18,344 nt of DNA from Candidatus Krumholzibacteriota bacterium (GTDB taxonomy: Bacteria; Krumholzibacteriota; Krumholzibacteriia; LZORAL124-64-63): positions 1-18,344 of the forward strand of contig JBDLKA010000073.1 of the NCBI GenBank assembly GCA_039714075.1. The letters are read 5' to 3'. The notes under the pieces are model-generated. The model saw only the letters and a list, made by a program, of their open reading frames with translations. It ran no database searches and was not told the origin of the DNA. Below are positions 8,746-16,613 of the stretch, in pieces (the stretch's first letter is position 1; every line of letters starts with the position of its first letter). The position numbers and the translations under genes were made by a program.

Positions 8746-11514
8746 TTATTTGAGCAACATGACCTTGTGGATCAAGGTGTTTTCAGGCGTACTGATGCGC
8801 AGCAGATAGACACCCCCACCCGCCGGCCGGCCCTGGTGCCTGCCGTCCCACTGCAGATCATGATCCCCCGCCCCGTGCCAACCATCAGCCAGGATGGCGA
8901 CCCTCCGCCCGGCCAGGTCATAGACCCCCGCGGTGACCTCGGCCCCTCGGGCGAGGGTGAACCGGGCATGGACCAGGGGGTTGAAGGGGTTGGGCCAGGG
9001 TTCGCGGGCCCAGGCCGCACCGGGCATGTCCCGCTCAGCGGCCGCGGGACACAGATCCGCCAGGGCCAGGTCCAGGGATTCGGAATCCCCGTCCGCGCCC
9101 ACCGTCAAACGCAGCCAGCCATCTCCGGGGAGCCCCTCCAGTTCCCGGCGGGGCACGGTGATGATCCAGGTATCCCGGTCATAATCCAGATCCCCCAGCA
9201 CCGCCCGGCCCGTGACCGCCAGCGGAGTCCAATGCCCGGGGGAACCGAAGGCGACTGTCCAGGGTCCGGGGCGATCCGGACGGACCCGGACCTTCAGCAC
9301 CGCCGGACTGCATTCCGCCGCCAAGGCGGTCGGTTCCACGGCCACCAGCTCGGGTTCCATGTTGAGCAGGGTCAAACCCAGCCTCAGGGAACTGTCCAGG
9401 GTCAGGATATCCGCCACGCCGTCGGAGTTGAAATCCCCCACCCTGAATTCCGACACGCTCGGGCCGCCGGGATAGGTGACGGTTTGCGACCAGGTCCAAT
9501 TGCCGAGGGGAAATGAAATACCGAATACCTTGTCTTCGCGAAGGTTCATCACGATCTCGGGCAGGCCGTCCTGGTCCATATCCCGGACCAGAATCCCCGC
9601 CGGACGGCTCGCCAGGGCATGGGCGCCGACGCGTCTGACCAGGGAGCCGGTGCCCGAATTCTCGAACATGGACAACGAGACGTCGATCTTGTTGACGACC
9701 ACCAGGTCCTCGTCCCCGTCCTGGTCCAGATCGCCCACGGCCATGATACCCGGCCCCGAACCGGCGTTCAGCCAGCTCATGGTTCCGAAGGAGCGGTCAC
9801 CCTGGTTGATGGTGGTCCAGACACGGTTGAATCCATCCGAAAAAACCAGATCGGGCAGGCCGTCGGCATCCAGATCCAGCAGCGAAATCCAATCCGCCCC
9901 GTTGTCCAGGCCCAGGAAGGTCTGATCGGGAAAGGAGTGGTCGCCGGCCCCGAACAGGATGGTGACCTCATCCACTTCCCGCGTGAGGATCAGCAGGTCC
10001 TCGAACCCGTCGGCGTCCAGGTCCCGGGAAATGATGAAGCCCGGGAAATCCCCCGTCGGCGTCTCGGAAACGAGGGCGAAACCCTGGCCCGGCACATAGT
10101 CCGCAATGACCATCCGGTCCCCCGCAATGTCCAGAATCGCCAGTTCGGGAGCGGGATCGTCATCGGTGTCGACCACCGCCACCTTGCCCGGGAAAAAGGA
10201 AAGATCGAAACCCACCGGTGTGGTGGCGAAGCCCCCGCCGACATGTCCGGGAAAGAAGCTGAGAAGGGGCAGGTCGCCATTGGCGACCACCAGATCCCGC
10301 AGGCCGTCACCGTCAAAATCCCCCATTTCGGAGGCACCCGGGCTGGCATTGAGAGCCAGGGCGGGATACCCCCCGAAACCCGGTCTGGTATTGGCGAACA
10401 TGACGGTCAAACGATTACCGTCGCCGCCAAGGGACACCAGGTCGCGCCCGCCGTCCCCGTTGAAATCACCGGAGGCCGTGCTCAAGGGGTGGCAGCCCGG
10501 ATAATAGGCGCTGATCATGTCCCAGGACCCGTTGCGGAGCTGGAAAAATTCCACCAGGCCGCGGCCCATGTTCGAAGCGAACAGTCCGACCGTCCCATCG
10601 TACAATCCGGTCAGATGAAGCCCGTCGGCCGGCAAGGTCAGCCCGACGGTTTCGGTTTCCACCAACTGGCCGCCCACCGCGTTGAAGAAGACCGCCTCCG
10701 GGACACCTTCAACCGTGGCCGCCAGCTCGATCCGGCCGTCACCGTCCAGGTCGTGGGCCGCCAGATGGGTGGGCGTGCCCGCCGGGAACTCCTGCCGGGT
10801 TCCCGCATACGAACCAGAGGCATCCCGGCGATAGATTCCGAGGTTTTCGGAAAGCGGCCCCCGGTTGGCCGTCACAAGCTCACGGACCTGATCTCCGTCC
10901 AGGTCGATACCCATGATGGAGAACGGCCGGTCGCCCGTGTCATGCAGCGCGGCGATATTCCAGAGGCCTTCATCCTGTTTCAGCAAGGCAACCTGATCGA
11001 TGCCGGGCAGGGAAACCGCCAGCTCGGGAACACCTCCGACCACTTCTCCGACAAAGGAAAGTGTCCCCGGATCCTCGTCGAGGTCGACAATTTCCTCGAT
11101 GGTGAAATAGGGTGCCTGCGCAAGGACCTGGAGAAAAACGACACGGTCCGGATTGGCGGTGGCGGCCACAACTCCCTGATTGAGCAGCGGGCGCCCCTCC
11201 CAGGGGACCAGGTGGACGACCTTACCTCCGACCAGAATATTATCGACCTGCAAAAACCTATCCGCCCCCGCGGAGTAACGGAACAAGGTCAGGGCCCCGT
11301 CTCCGCTCCCGGCCACCAGGTAGGCGGGATTGCCCACCTCCAGGGGAAGGGAAACCGCGCTGAGGGCTTCACCGCCGACTTCCATCACTTGGGGACCGGG
11401 AAATTGGACCTGGGAACGGGCAGGAACAGCCACTATCAGGCAGATCAGGACCATAACAACCGCAACCATGGTTATCGGTGCCTTCCTTGGCGAGACAAGG
11501 ATTTGGGGGATCAT
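8746..11514 (-). CDS. Secreted FG-GAP/VCBS repeat protein with C-terminal FlgD-Ig (T9SS type A-like) domain
   Basis: About 10 DxDxDG..D/E-hydrophobic motifs (e.g. GDFNGDGGRDLV, GDFDGDGLRDLV, GDLDQDGDEDLV) and a signal peptide ending ARS-Q. C-terminus reads PWPNPFNP...YDLAGRRV...WDG...GVYLLRI...KVMLLK. The start is uncertain (11532 TTG, 11514 or 11469 ATG). Confidence 0.88.
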   Translation of the reverse strand: MIPQILVSPRKAPITMVAVVMVLICLIVAVPARSQVQFPGPQVMEVGGEALSAVSLPLEVGNPAYLVAGSGDGALTLFRYSAGADRFLQVDNILVGGKVVHLVPWEGRPLLNQGVVAATANPDRVVFLQVLAQAPYFTIEEIVDLDEDPGTLSFVGEVVGGVPELAVSLPGIDQVALLKQDEGLWNIAALHDTGDRPFSIMGIDLDGDQVRELVTANRGPLSENLGIYRRDASGSYAGTRQEFPAGTPTHLAAHDLDGDGRIELAATVEGVPEAVFFNAVGGQLVETETVGLTLPADGLHLTGLYDGTVGLFASNMGRGLVEFFQLRNGSWDMISAYYPGCHPLSTASGDFNGDGGRDLVSLGGDGNRLTVMFANTRPGFGGYPALALNASPGASEMGDFDGDGLRDLVVANGDLPLLSFFPGHVGGGFATTPVGFDLSFFPGKVAVVDTDDDPAPELAILDIAGDRMVIADYVPGQGFALVSETPTGDFPGFIISRDLDADGFEDLLILTREVDEVTILFGAGDHSFPDQTFLGLDNGADWISLLDLDADGLPDLVFSDGFNRVWTTINQGDRSFGTMSWLNAGSGPGIMAVGDLDQDGDEDLVVVNKIDVSLSMFENSGTGSLVRRVGAHALASRPAGILVRDMDQDGLPEIVMNLREDKVFGISFPLGNWTWSQTVTYPGGPSVSEFRVGDFNSDGVADILTLDSSLRLGLTLLNMEPELVAVEPTALAAECSPAVLKVRVRPDRPGPWTVAFGSPGHWTPLAVTGRAVLGDLDYDRDTWIITVPRRELEGLPGDGWLRLTVGADGDSESLDLALADLCPAAAERDMPGAAWAREPWPNPFNPLVHARFTLARGAEVTAGVYDLAGRRVAILADGWHGAGDHDLQWDGRHQGRPAGGGVYLLRISTPENTLIHKVMLLK

Positions 11515-11565
11515 CTGCAGGACCAGGGCCAAGAATACTCTCTTTTCGCCGGCCGGGGTGACATC

Positions 11566-11594
11566 AGTATAGGGATATCACGGTCCCCGACCAA
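11566..11594 (-). promoter_or_regulatory. Candidate sigma70 promoter for the FG-GAP gene
   Basis: Minus strand TTGGTC-N17-TATACT, flanked upstream by an AT-rich tract. Confidence 0.45.
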
Positions 11595-11715
11595 AAGGGT
11601 TGCCATTTATTATTATTATTGACACTAAAGGCATCGCGCCTGAAATTAATTCGATAAGATAATTTAGGCTGCATCCCCGCGTGACCCGGGCCAAGTCCTG
11701 GACAGGAGCCGTTTC

Positions 11716-12660
11716 ATGTCCCGAAAATCCGTGACCACTTTGATCATTTTCCTGATGATCACGGTTTCTACCCCCCTGTTTGCCCAGGATACGGAACCAC
11801 AGGAAACCAAACCTCCCGAAAAACAGGAAAAAACATTTCATCTCCTGCGCGATTCATCGTCCGCGGCGGATGAACTCGACTTCGAGGATGAAGAAGCCGA
11901 GGTGTGGGAGCCCCGCATTGAAAAGGGCACCATTGAGGTCAGTTTCGGATTCGGTTTCACGGACTTCAACAAGGTCCTGTGGGAACACGACCAGATCATT
12001 TACAAATACACGAAAGACGCCACCTTCTGGGGCGATGTCGCCATCAAGGGCGAAAGCGCCTTCAATCCGGTACTGCGGTTGGGCTACAACCTGACCAACT
12101 GGTTCGCCCTCGAAGGCATCGGCGGCGTGGCCATCACCGAATACAGTTCCACGATCACCAACCGGCGGACCCGCGAGAACAAACCCAACGCAGTTATCTT
12201 CGATGATCCGCCTCTGGGTGAGTTCGACGCCGAAGCACGGTCCCTGCTGACTTTGCAGGCCTCCCTCAACGCGGTGATCTATCCCCTGGAAATCGGTGGT
12301 GACGGCTCGGGCCAACTGTTCCCCTTCCTGACCGCCGGTGCCGGCAGGATGTGGTATGACATGAACTCCAATTATTTCGACGGGGCTGCCGGCGCCTTCG
12401 ACTTTAATTTCGGCGGCGGACTGCGGGTCCTGGCTGACAAGAACATCAGCTTGCGGTTCGAGGTCCTGGCCCATCTCAACTCGGTCGAATTCACTCCCTC
12501 CGAATATTTCACCACCCGGGACGAGGGAACCATTGTCGTGCCCCTCAATGAATATCCCCGCAATGAAGACGGGTCGGTCAGGGAACAGGTCGTCGGCAGT
12601 TATGGTTCGCAAACCCTGAGCCTGCTCAACTGGAGCCTTGGCGTGCAGGGATCTTTCTGA
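11716..12660 (+). CDS. Outer-membrane beta-barrel domain protein (OmpA/OmpW-like small barrel with long loops)
   Basis: AGGAG RBS and a signal peptide ending PLFA-Q. Contains RLGYN....FALE, PFLTAGAG, FNFGGGLR and LRFE strands, and a C-terminal beta-signal WSLGVQGSF. Confidence 0.82.
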   Translation: MSRKSVTTLIIFLMITVSTPLFAQDTEPQETKPPEKQEKTFHLLRDSSSAADELDFEDEEAEVWEPRIEKGTIEVSFGFGFTDFNKVLWEHDQIIYKYTKDATFWGDVAIKGESAFNPVLRLGYNLTNWFALEGIGGVAITEYSSTITNRRTRENKPNAVIFDDPPLGEFDAEARSLLTLQASLNAVIYPLEIGGDGSGQLFPFLTAGAGRMWYDMNSNYFDGAAGAFDFNFGGGLRVLADKNISLRFEVLAHLNSVEFTPSEYFTTRDEGTIVVPLNEYPRNEDGSVREQVVGSYGSQTLSLLNWSLGVQGSF

Positions 12661-12689
12661 TCCCGGCTTTTTCCCTGGTTTGATTTTCG

Positions 12690-12716
12690 GGGCGGCCCCT
12701 TCGGGCCGCCCTTTTT
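12690..12716 (+). terminator. Rho-independent terminator between convergent genes
   Basis: Perfect 9-bp stem GGGCGGCCC-cttc-GGGCCGCCC followed by TTTTT. Confidence 0.85.
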
Positions 12717-12728
12717 CCTGCCGGTTGC

Positions 12729-14294
12729 CTACCAGGACTGTTCCGACATCAGGGGGCCGATCTCGCGGCGGAATTCCAGGGCCTCCCGTACATGTGCCCT
12801 GCCGACCCGATCCTGCTGGTCAAGCGCGGCCAATGTCCTGGCCACGGACAGGCACCGTTTCACACCCCTGAGCGACAGGCCCAAAGGCAGGCGGGAATCA
12901 TCCAGGAATGCCGCCGCCTCCGGGGCCAGGAGTTTCCGGACATCGGTTTGGCGCCAACCGCACAGGCGTTGCCGCGCCGATACCAGGATCTCTTCGGTGG
13001 GGCGCTCCCGCCATGCTCCGGGGGCACCGGCGGGGCCGCCGCCTTTTCCCCTGCCGGGATTTTTCCTGGTCAGGAATTTTCCCTGCCAGGGCCCCACCTC
13101 AACGAACAGGTCGAACCGATCCAGCAGTGGCCCGGAAAGTCGCGACAGGTAGCGGGACCGCGCGGCCGGCGTGCAGCGACAGGTGCGCTGGGTGCTGCCC
13201 AGGAAACCGCAGCGGCAGGGATTCATGGCCGCCACCAGCTGGAATTCCGCAGGGAAGGTGTGGCTGCCCGGATGGCGCACCAGGGTGATGAAACCCTCTT
13301 CCAGGGGCTCGCGCAGAACATCCAGGACCGCCGGGGAAAACTCCGGCAGCTCATCGAGGAACAGGAGTCCGCCGTGGGCCAGGGTCACTTCACCGGGCTT
13401 GGGCCCGGGCCCTCCGCCGACCAGCCCCGCCCGCGTGACCGTATGGTGCGGCGCGCGAAATGGCCGGTGCTCCATGAGAGCGGTTTCCCCCAGCATGCCC
13501 GCGGCGCTGTGGATGCAGGTCACCTCCATGGCCCGGTCCCGGTTCATGGGCGGTTGCATTTGGCCGAGAATCCGGGCCAGGCGGGTTTTTCCCGTCCCCG
13601 GGGGTCCCACCATCAACAGATGGTGCCCCCCGACAGCCGCCAGGACCGCGGCTTTTCTCACCAGGGGCTGACCCGCCAAACCCGCCAGAAGATTGGTCAG
13701 GGACGGCTCGGGAACTCTCGTCGACGGAGGTGGGACCGGTCCCGGGTCGGACGGACCCGCCTGCGGTGACCGCCCCGTCCGCCACCAGCGAATGACCTGG
13801 GCCAGATTCGCCGCCCCCACCACCTGGATTCCCTCGACCAGGCCCGCTTCCCAGGTCTGGTCCACGGGCACGACCACCATTTTTTCTCCCATGCGGGCCG
13901 CCGCCAGCACGATGGCCAACAGCCCCCGGACCGGCCGCAGTTCCCCGAACAGGGAAAGTTCGCCGATGAACAGGGCGCCCGACCTGAGGCTGCGCTCCTG
14001 GTCCCGGGCCGGCGGTTCGGCGGCCGCGACAATGCCCATGGCGATGGCGAGATCAAAAAACGCCCCCTCCTTGCGGATGCCTGCAGGGGCCAGATTGACG
14101 GTGATTTTCCCCACCGGAATCCGCGATCCGCTGTGCCGCAGGGCCGCCAGGACCCGCTCCCGGCTTTCGCGGACCTCGGCCCCCGGTAGTCCCACCAGGT
14201 GAAACCCGGGCAGACCCCGGCTGATATCCACTTCCGCGGTTACGGCCAAACCTTCGATTCCGGCCAGGGCGCCGGTTCTGATCCTGGTCGACAT
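12729..14294 (-). CDS. comM: YifB/ComM family Mg-chelatase-like AAA+ ATPase
   Basis: GLP.F..VGLP...VRESRERV, Walker A GPPGTGKT, RPFRAPHH, PGE..LAH.G.LFLDELPEF, AMNPC.CG...C.C and SGPLLDRFD motifs. GGAGGGAG RBS. Confidence 0.94.
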   Translation of the reverse strand: MSTRIRTGALAGIEGLAVTAEVDISRGLPGFHLVGLPGAEVRESRERVLAALRHSGSRIPVGKITVNLAPAGIRKEGAFFDLAIAMGIVAAAEPPARDQERSLRSGALFIGELSLFGELRPVRGLLAIVLAAARMGEKMVVVPVDQTWEAGLVEGIQVVGAANLAQVIRWWRTGRSPQAGPSDPGPVPPPSTRVPEPSLTNLLAGLAGQPLVRKAAVLAAVGGHHLLMVGPPGTGKTRLARILGQMQPPMNRDRAMEVTCIHSAAGMLGETALMEHRPFRAPHHTVTRAGLVGGGPGPKPGEVTLAHGGLLFLDELPEFSPAVLDVLREPLEEGFITLVRHPGSHTFPAEFQLVAAMNPCRCGFLGSTQRTCRCTPAARSRYLSRLSGPLLDRFDLFVEVGPWQGKFLTRKNPGRGKGGGPAGAPGAWRERPTEEILVSARQRLCGWRQTDVRKLLAPEAAAFLDDSRLPLGLSLRGVKRCLSVARTLAALDQQDRVGRAHVREALEFRREIGPLMSEQSW

Positions 14295-14332
14295 GATTCT
14301 CCCTCCGGGCCGGAAACCCTGCCGACCTTGTC

Positions 14333-14349
14333 TGCAATAAACCCGCCAG
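14333..14349 (-). promoter_or_regulatory. Candidate sigma54 (-24/-12) promoter of comM
   Basis: Minus strand CTGGCGGGTTTATTGCA, i.e. TGGC-N7-TTGCA with exact GG-N10-GC spacing, about 40 nt upstream of the ATG. Confidence 0.55.
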
Positions 14350-14512
14350 CTCCTTCCCCGGGGGAAACCACCCGGAAAAGGGGGACCGGCGCGGGATCAC
14401 GGACATTTGAATCAACTGGAGATCATTCGCCCCGCAGTGGGGCGTCAACCGGGAGAGACAACAATCCCCAGGCGGGAAAACGGGATTGTCGTTCAGAATC
14501 CTGAAGCCACAT

Positions 14513-14546
14513 AAAAAAAGCGGGAACCCCGGTCAGGGCTCCCGCT
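14513..14546 (-). terminator. Rho-independent terminator of the histone-fold gene
   Basis: Minus strand GCGGGAGCCC-tgaccg-GGGTTCCCGC (one G-U pair) followed by T7, 50 nt after the stop. Confidence 0.85.
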
Positions 14547-14596
14547 GAATCCAAAAGGCGCAATCGCAAGATCAGGCCTTACAGTGTCGCTTTCTG

Positions 14597-14767
14597 CTAC
14601 AGATCGCAGGGGCGAACAGTCTTGCGACCGTTGTCCTTGGCGCGACCTTCGGCAGCGGCGATCATTTCACGAACCTTGGCGTCCAGGGCGCTGTAGAATT
14701 CGCCGGACACGTTGCATTCCTTCACGGATTCCTTGGTCTTGCTCTTGCTGATAATCATGTCAGCCAT
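14597..14767 (-). CDS. Bacterial histone-fold protein (56 aa, alpha3-truncated; DUF1931/Bd0055/face-to-face-like)
   Basis: MADMIISKSKTKESVKECNVSGEFYSALDAKVREMIAAAEGRAKDNGRKTVRPCDL, with AAGGGAGG RBS 7 nt before ATG 14767. Shows the histone signature RA...GRKTV...D (R48-x-T50-x4-D55) and a short helix, loop, long helix layout. Confidence 0.9.
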   Translation of the reverse strand: MADMIISKSKTKESVKECNVSGEFYSALDAKVREMIAAAEGRAKDNGRKTVRPCDL

Positions 14768-14916
14768 GTGGGATCCTCCCTTAGAGTGTTGGTCGTCTTC
14801 CGGTCTCGGCCCAAAGGCGGAGCGGCACCGAAAACCGACTTCCTTCATTTCCAGCTCCGGAATTAACGCATCTCCGGTCAGCTGCGACACAATCGCCTCG
14901 ACAGGCGTCGCTGTCA

Positions 14917-14944
14917 AGAGTAGTTTAACCTGCGGTCCCGTCAA
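14917..14944 (-). promoter_or_regulatory. Candidate sigma70 promoter of the histone gene
   Basis: Minus strand TTGACG-N16-TACTCT. A second candidate, TTGACA-N17-GATTGT, lies at 14917-14889. Confidence 0.45.
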
Positions 14945-15001
14945 CGGGAAAACCCGTCAAATGGCCCCCAAGCCCCGAAAAGCTACCAGAAGGAGTTTTC
15001 C

Positions 15002-16375
15002 ATGGCCAGCGAAAAAATTCTCGGCTATCTGGACAGCCACCGCGATGAACACGTCGACCAGCTGGTCGAGTTTCTCAAGATACCCAGCATCAGTTCCCAG
15101 AGTGATCACGATGAGGACACCCGGCGGGCGGCCGCCTTCGTCGCCGACGAGTTGAAGGAACTGGGCCTGACCGTTGAAGTCATCGACCTGGGCGGCCACC
15201 CCCTGGTCTACGCCGAAACCGAAATCCGTCCCGACCGCAAGACCCTCCTGTTCTACGGGCATTACGATGTGCAACCGGTGGATCCGCTGGATTTATGGGA
15301 CACGCCGCCGTTCGAACCGCGGATCGAAAACGGCATCATCTACGCGCGCGGCGCGTGTGACGACAAAGGCCAGGTCTACACCCACCTCAAGGCCGTGGAA
15401 GCCTATATCCGGCAGGGAATCGAATTGCCGGTGAACGTGAAGTTCATCATCGAGGGCGAAGAGGAAGCCGGCGGCGAAAGCATCTACAAGTATACCGAAC
15501 AGAACGCGGAAAAGATGGCCTGCGACGCGGTCATCGTCTCGGACACCGCTTTGTACAACGAGACCACGCCGGGCATCTGCTACAGCCTGAAGGGGCTGGC
15601 CTACATGGAGATCCAGGTCACCGGCCCGGCCATGGACCTGCACTCCGGCAGCTACGGCGGCACGGTGCAGAATCCCGGCAACGCCCTGGCGGAAATCGTG
15701 GCCAATCTGAAGGATGAAGACGGCCGCTGCCTGATCCCCGGTTTCTATGACGACGTGCTGGAACTGGACCAGGAGGAACGCGACGGCTTCGCCGAACTGG
15801 GCTACACCGACGAGATCCTGTGCAAGGAAACCGGCGCCAACGCGGCGTTCGGTGAAAAAGGCTTCACGACCCTGGAACGGATGTGGGCCCGGCCGACCTG
15901 CGACGTCAACGGGCTGTTGAGCGGCTATGGCGGCGAGGGCGCCAAGACCATCATTCCGGCCACGGCCATGGCCAAGGTCTCGATGCGGCTGGTGCCCAAC
16001 CAGGAACCGGATAAGATCGCCAAGGCCTTCTCGGACTACGTGCTGTCGATCGCCCCGGCGGGCGTGAAGGTCGAGGTCATCGACCACCACGGCGCCAACC
16101 CGGTCCTGGTGCCCCGCAAATCCGATATGATGCAGGCGGGAATGGCCGCTCTGGAGAAGGGTTTCGGCGCCAAACCCGTGTTCATTCGCGAGGGCGGCAG
16201 CATTCCCATCGTCGGCACCTTCCAGAAGTGCCTCAAATCCCCGGTATTGCTGCTGGGTTACGGTTTGTCGACGGACAACATCCATTCCCCCAACGAGAAG
16301 TTCCATCTGGACAACTTCTGGCGGGGGGCCCGCACGTCGGCCATTCTCATGGAAGAGGCCGCCAAACAGGGCTGA
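15002..16375 (+). CDS. M20 family metallopeptidase (ArgE/DapE-like dipeptidase)
   Basis: YGHYDVQP, RGACDDKGQ, EGEEE, DLHSG, GGSIP and HSPNE motifs. AAGGAG RBS. Confidence 0.94.
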   Translation: MASEKILGYLDSHRDEHVDQLVEFLKIPSISSQSDHDEDTRRAAAFVADELKELGLTVEVIDLGGHPLVYAETEIRPDRKTLLFYGHYDVQPVDPLDLWDTPPFEPRIENGIIYARGACDDKGQVYTHLKAVEAYIRQGIELPVNVKFIIEGEEEAGGESIYKYTEQNAEKMACDAVIVSDTALYNETTPGICYSLKGLAYMEIQVTGPAMDLHSGSYGGTVQNPGNALAEIVANLKDEDGRCLIPGFYDDVLELDQEERDGFAELGYTDEILCKETGANAAFGEKGFTTLERMWARPTCDVNGLLSGYGGEGAKTIIPATAMAKVSMRLVPNQEPDKIAKAFSDYVLSIAPAGVKVEVIDHHGANPVLVPRKSDMMQAGMAALEKGFGAKPVFIREGGSIPIVGTFQKCLKSPVLLLGYGLSTDNIHSPNEKFHLDNFWRGARTSAILMEEAAKQG

Positions 16376-16405
16376 ACGGCAAATCAGGAGAATTGCACGG
16401 GAAAT

Positions 16406-16434
16406 TTGACATGAACGGCGGCAGGAAGTAGTTT
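16406..16434 (+). promoter_or_regulatory. Sigma70 promoter of the tRNA-Glu gene
   Basis: TTGACA-N17-TAGTTT followed by a GC-rich discriminator-like TCTGCCC, 26 nt before the tRNA. Confidence 0.65.
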
Positions 16435-16460
16435 TCTGCCCTCATACTGCGAAATATGGC

Positions 16461-16535
16461 GTCCCCGTCGTCTAGTGGTTAGGACACCGCCCTTTCACGG
16501 CGGCAACACGGGTTCGATCCCCGTCGGGGATGCCA
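16461..16535 (+). tRNA. tRNA-Glu (anticodon TTC)
   Basis: Acceptor stem GTCCCCG/CGGGGAT, discriminator G and encoded CCA. D-arm contains TAGTGGTTAGGAC, anticodon arm is CCGCC-CTTTCAC-GGCGG, T-arm contains GGTTCGATCCC. Confidence 0.97.
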
Positions 16536-16545
16536 AATATGATAA

Positions 16546-16580
16546 CGGCCGGGCTCATGCTGCCCGGCCGGTTCTTTTTT
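16546..16580 (+). terminator. Rho-independent terminator after tRNA-Glu
   Basis: CGGCCGGGC-tcatgct-GCCCGGCCG followed by GTTCTTTTTT. Confidence 0.8.
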
Positions 16581-16613
16581 GGTAACCTTTTTCATCCCCT
16601 CAGGGGCCCAAAC

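Noticed and set aside
9360..10920. Recurrent nucleotide motifs suggesting a repeat array or CRISPR
   Set aside because: Degenerate and explained by FG-GAP protein repeats (likewise PD40 repeats at 16614-17400). There are no identical repeats separated by unique spacers.
9619..11622. 667-aa plus-strand ORF and similar long antisense ORFs (4271-5398, 6590-7639, 12792-13769, 15293-16306)
   Set aside because: They mirror well-supported genes on the opposite strand, and stop-codon scarcity is expected at this GC content.
14768..14944. 59-aa N-terminal extension of the histone ORF (115-aa track call)
   Set aside because: The TTG start has no RBS and coincides with a -35-like hexamer. A strong RBS precedes ATG 14767 and the histone fold starts there.
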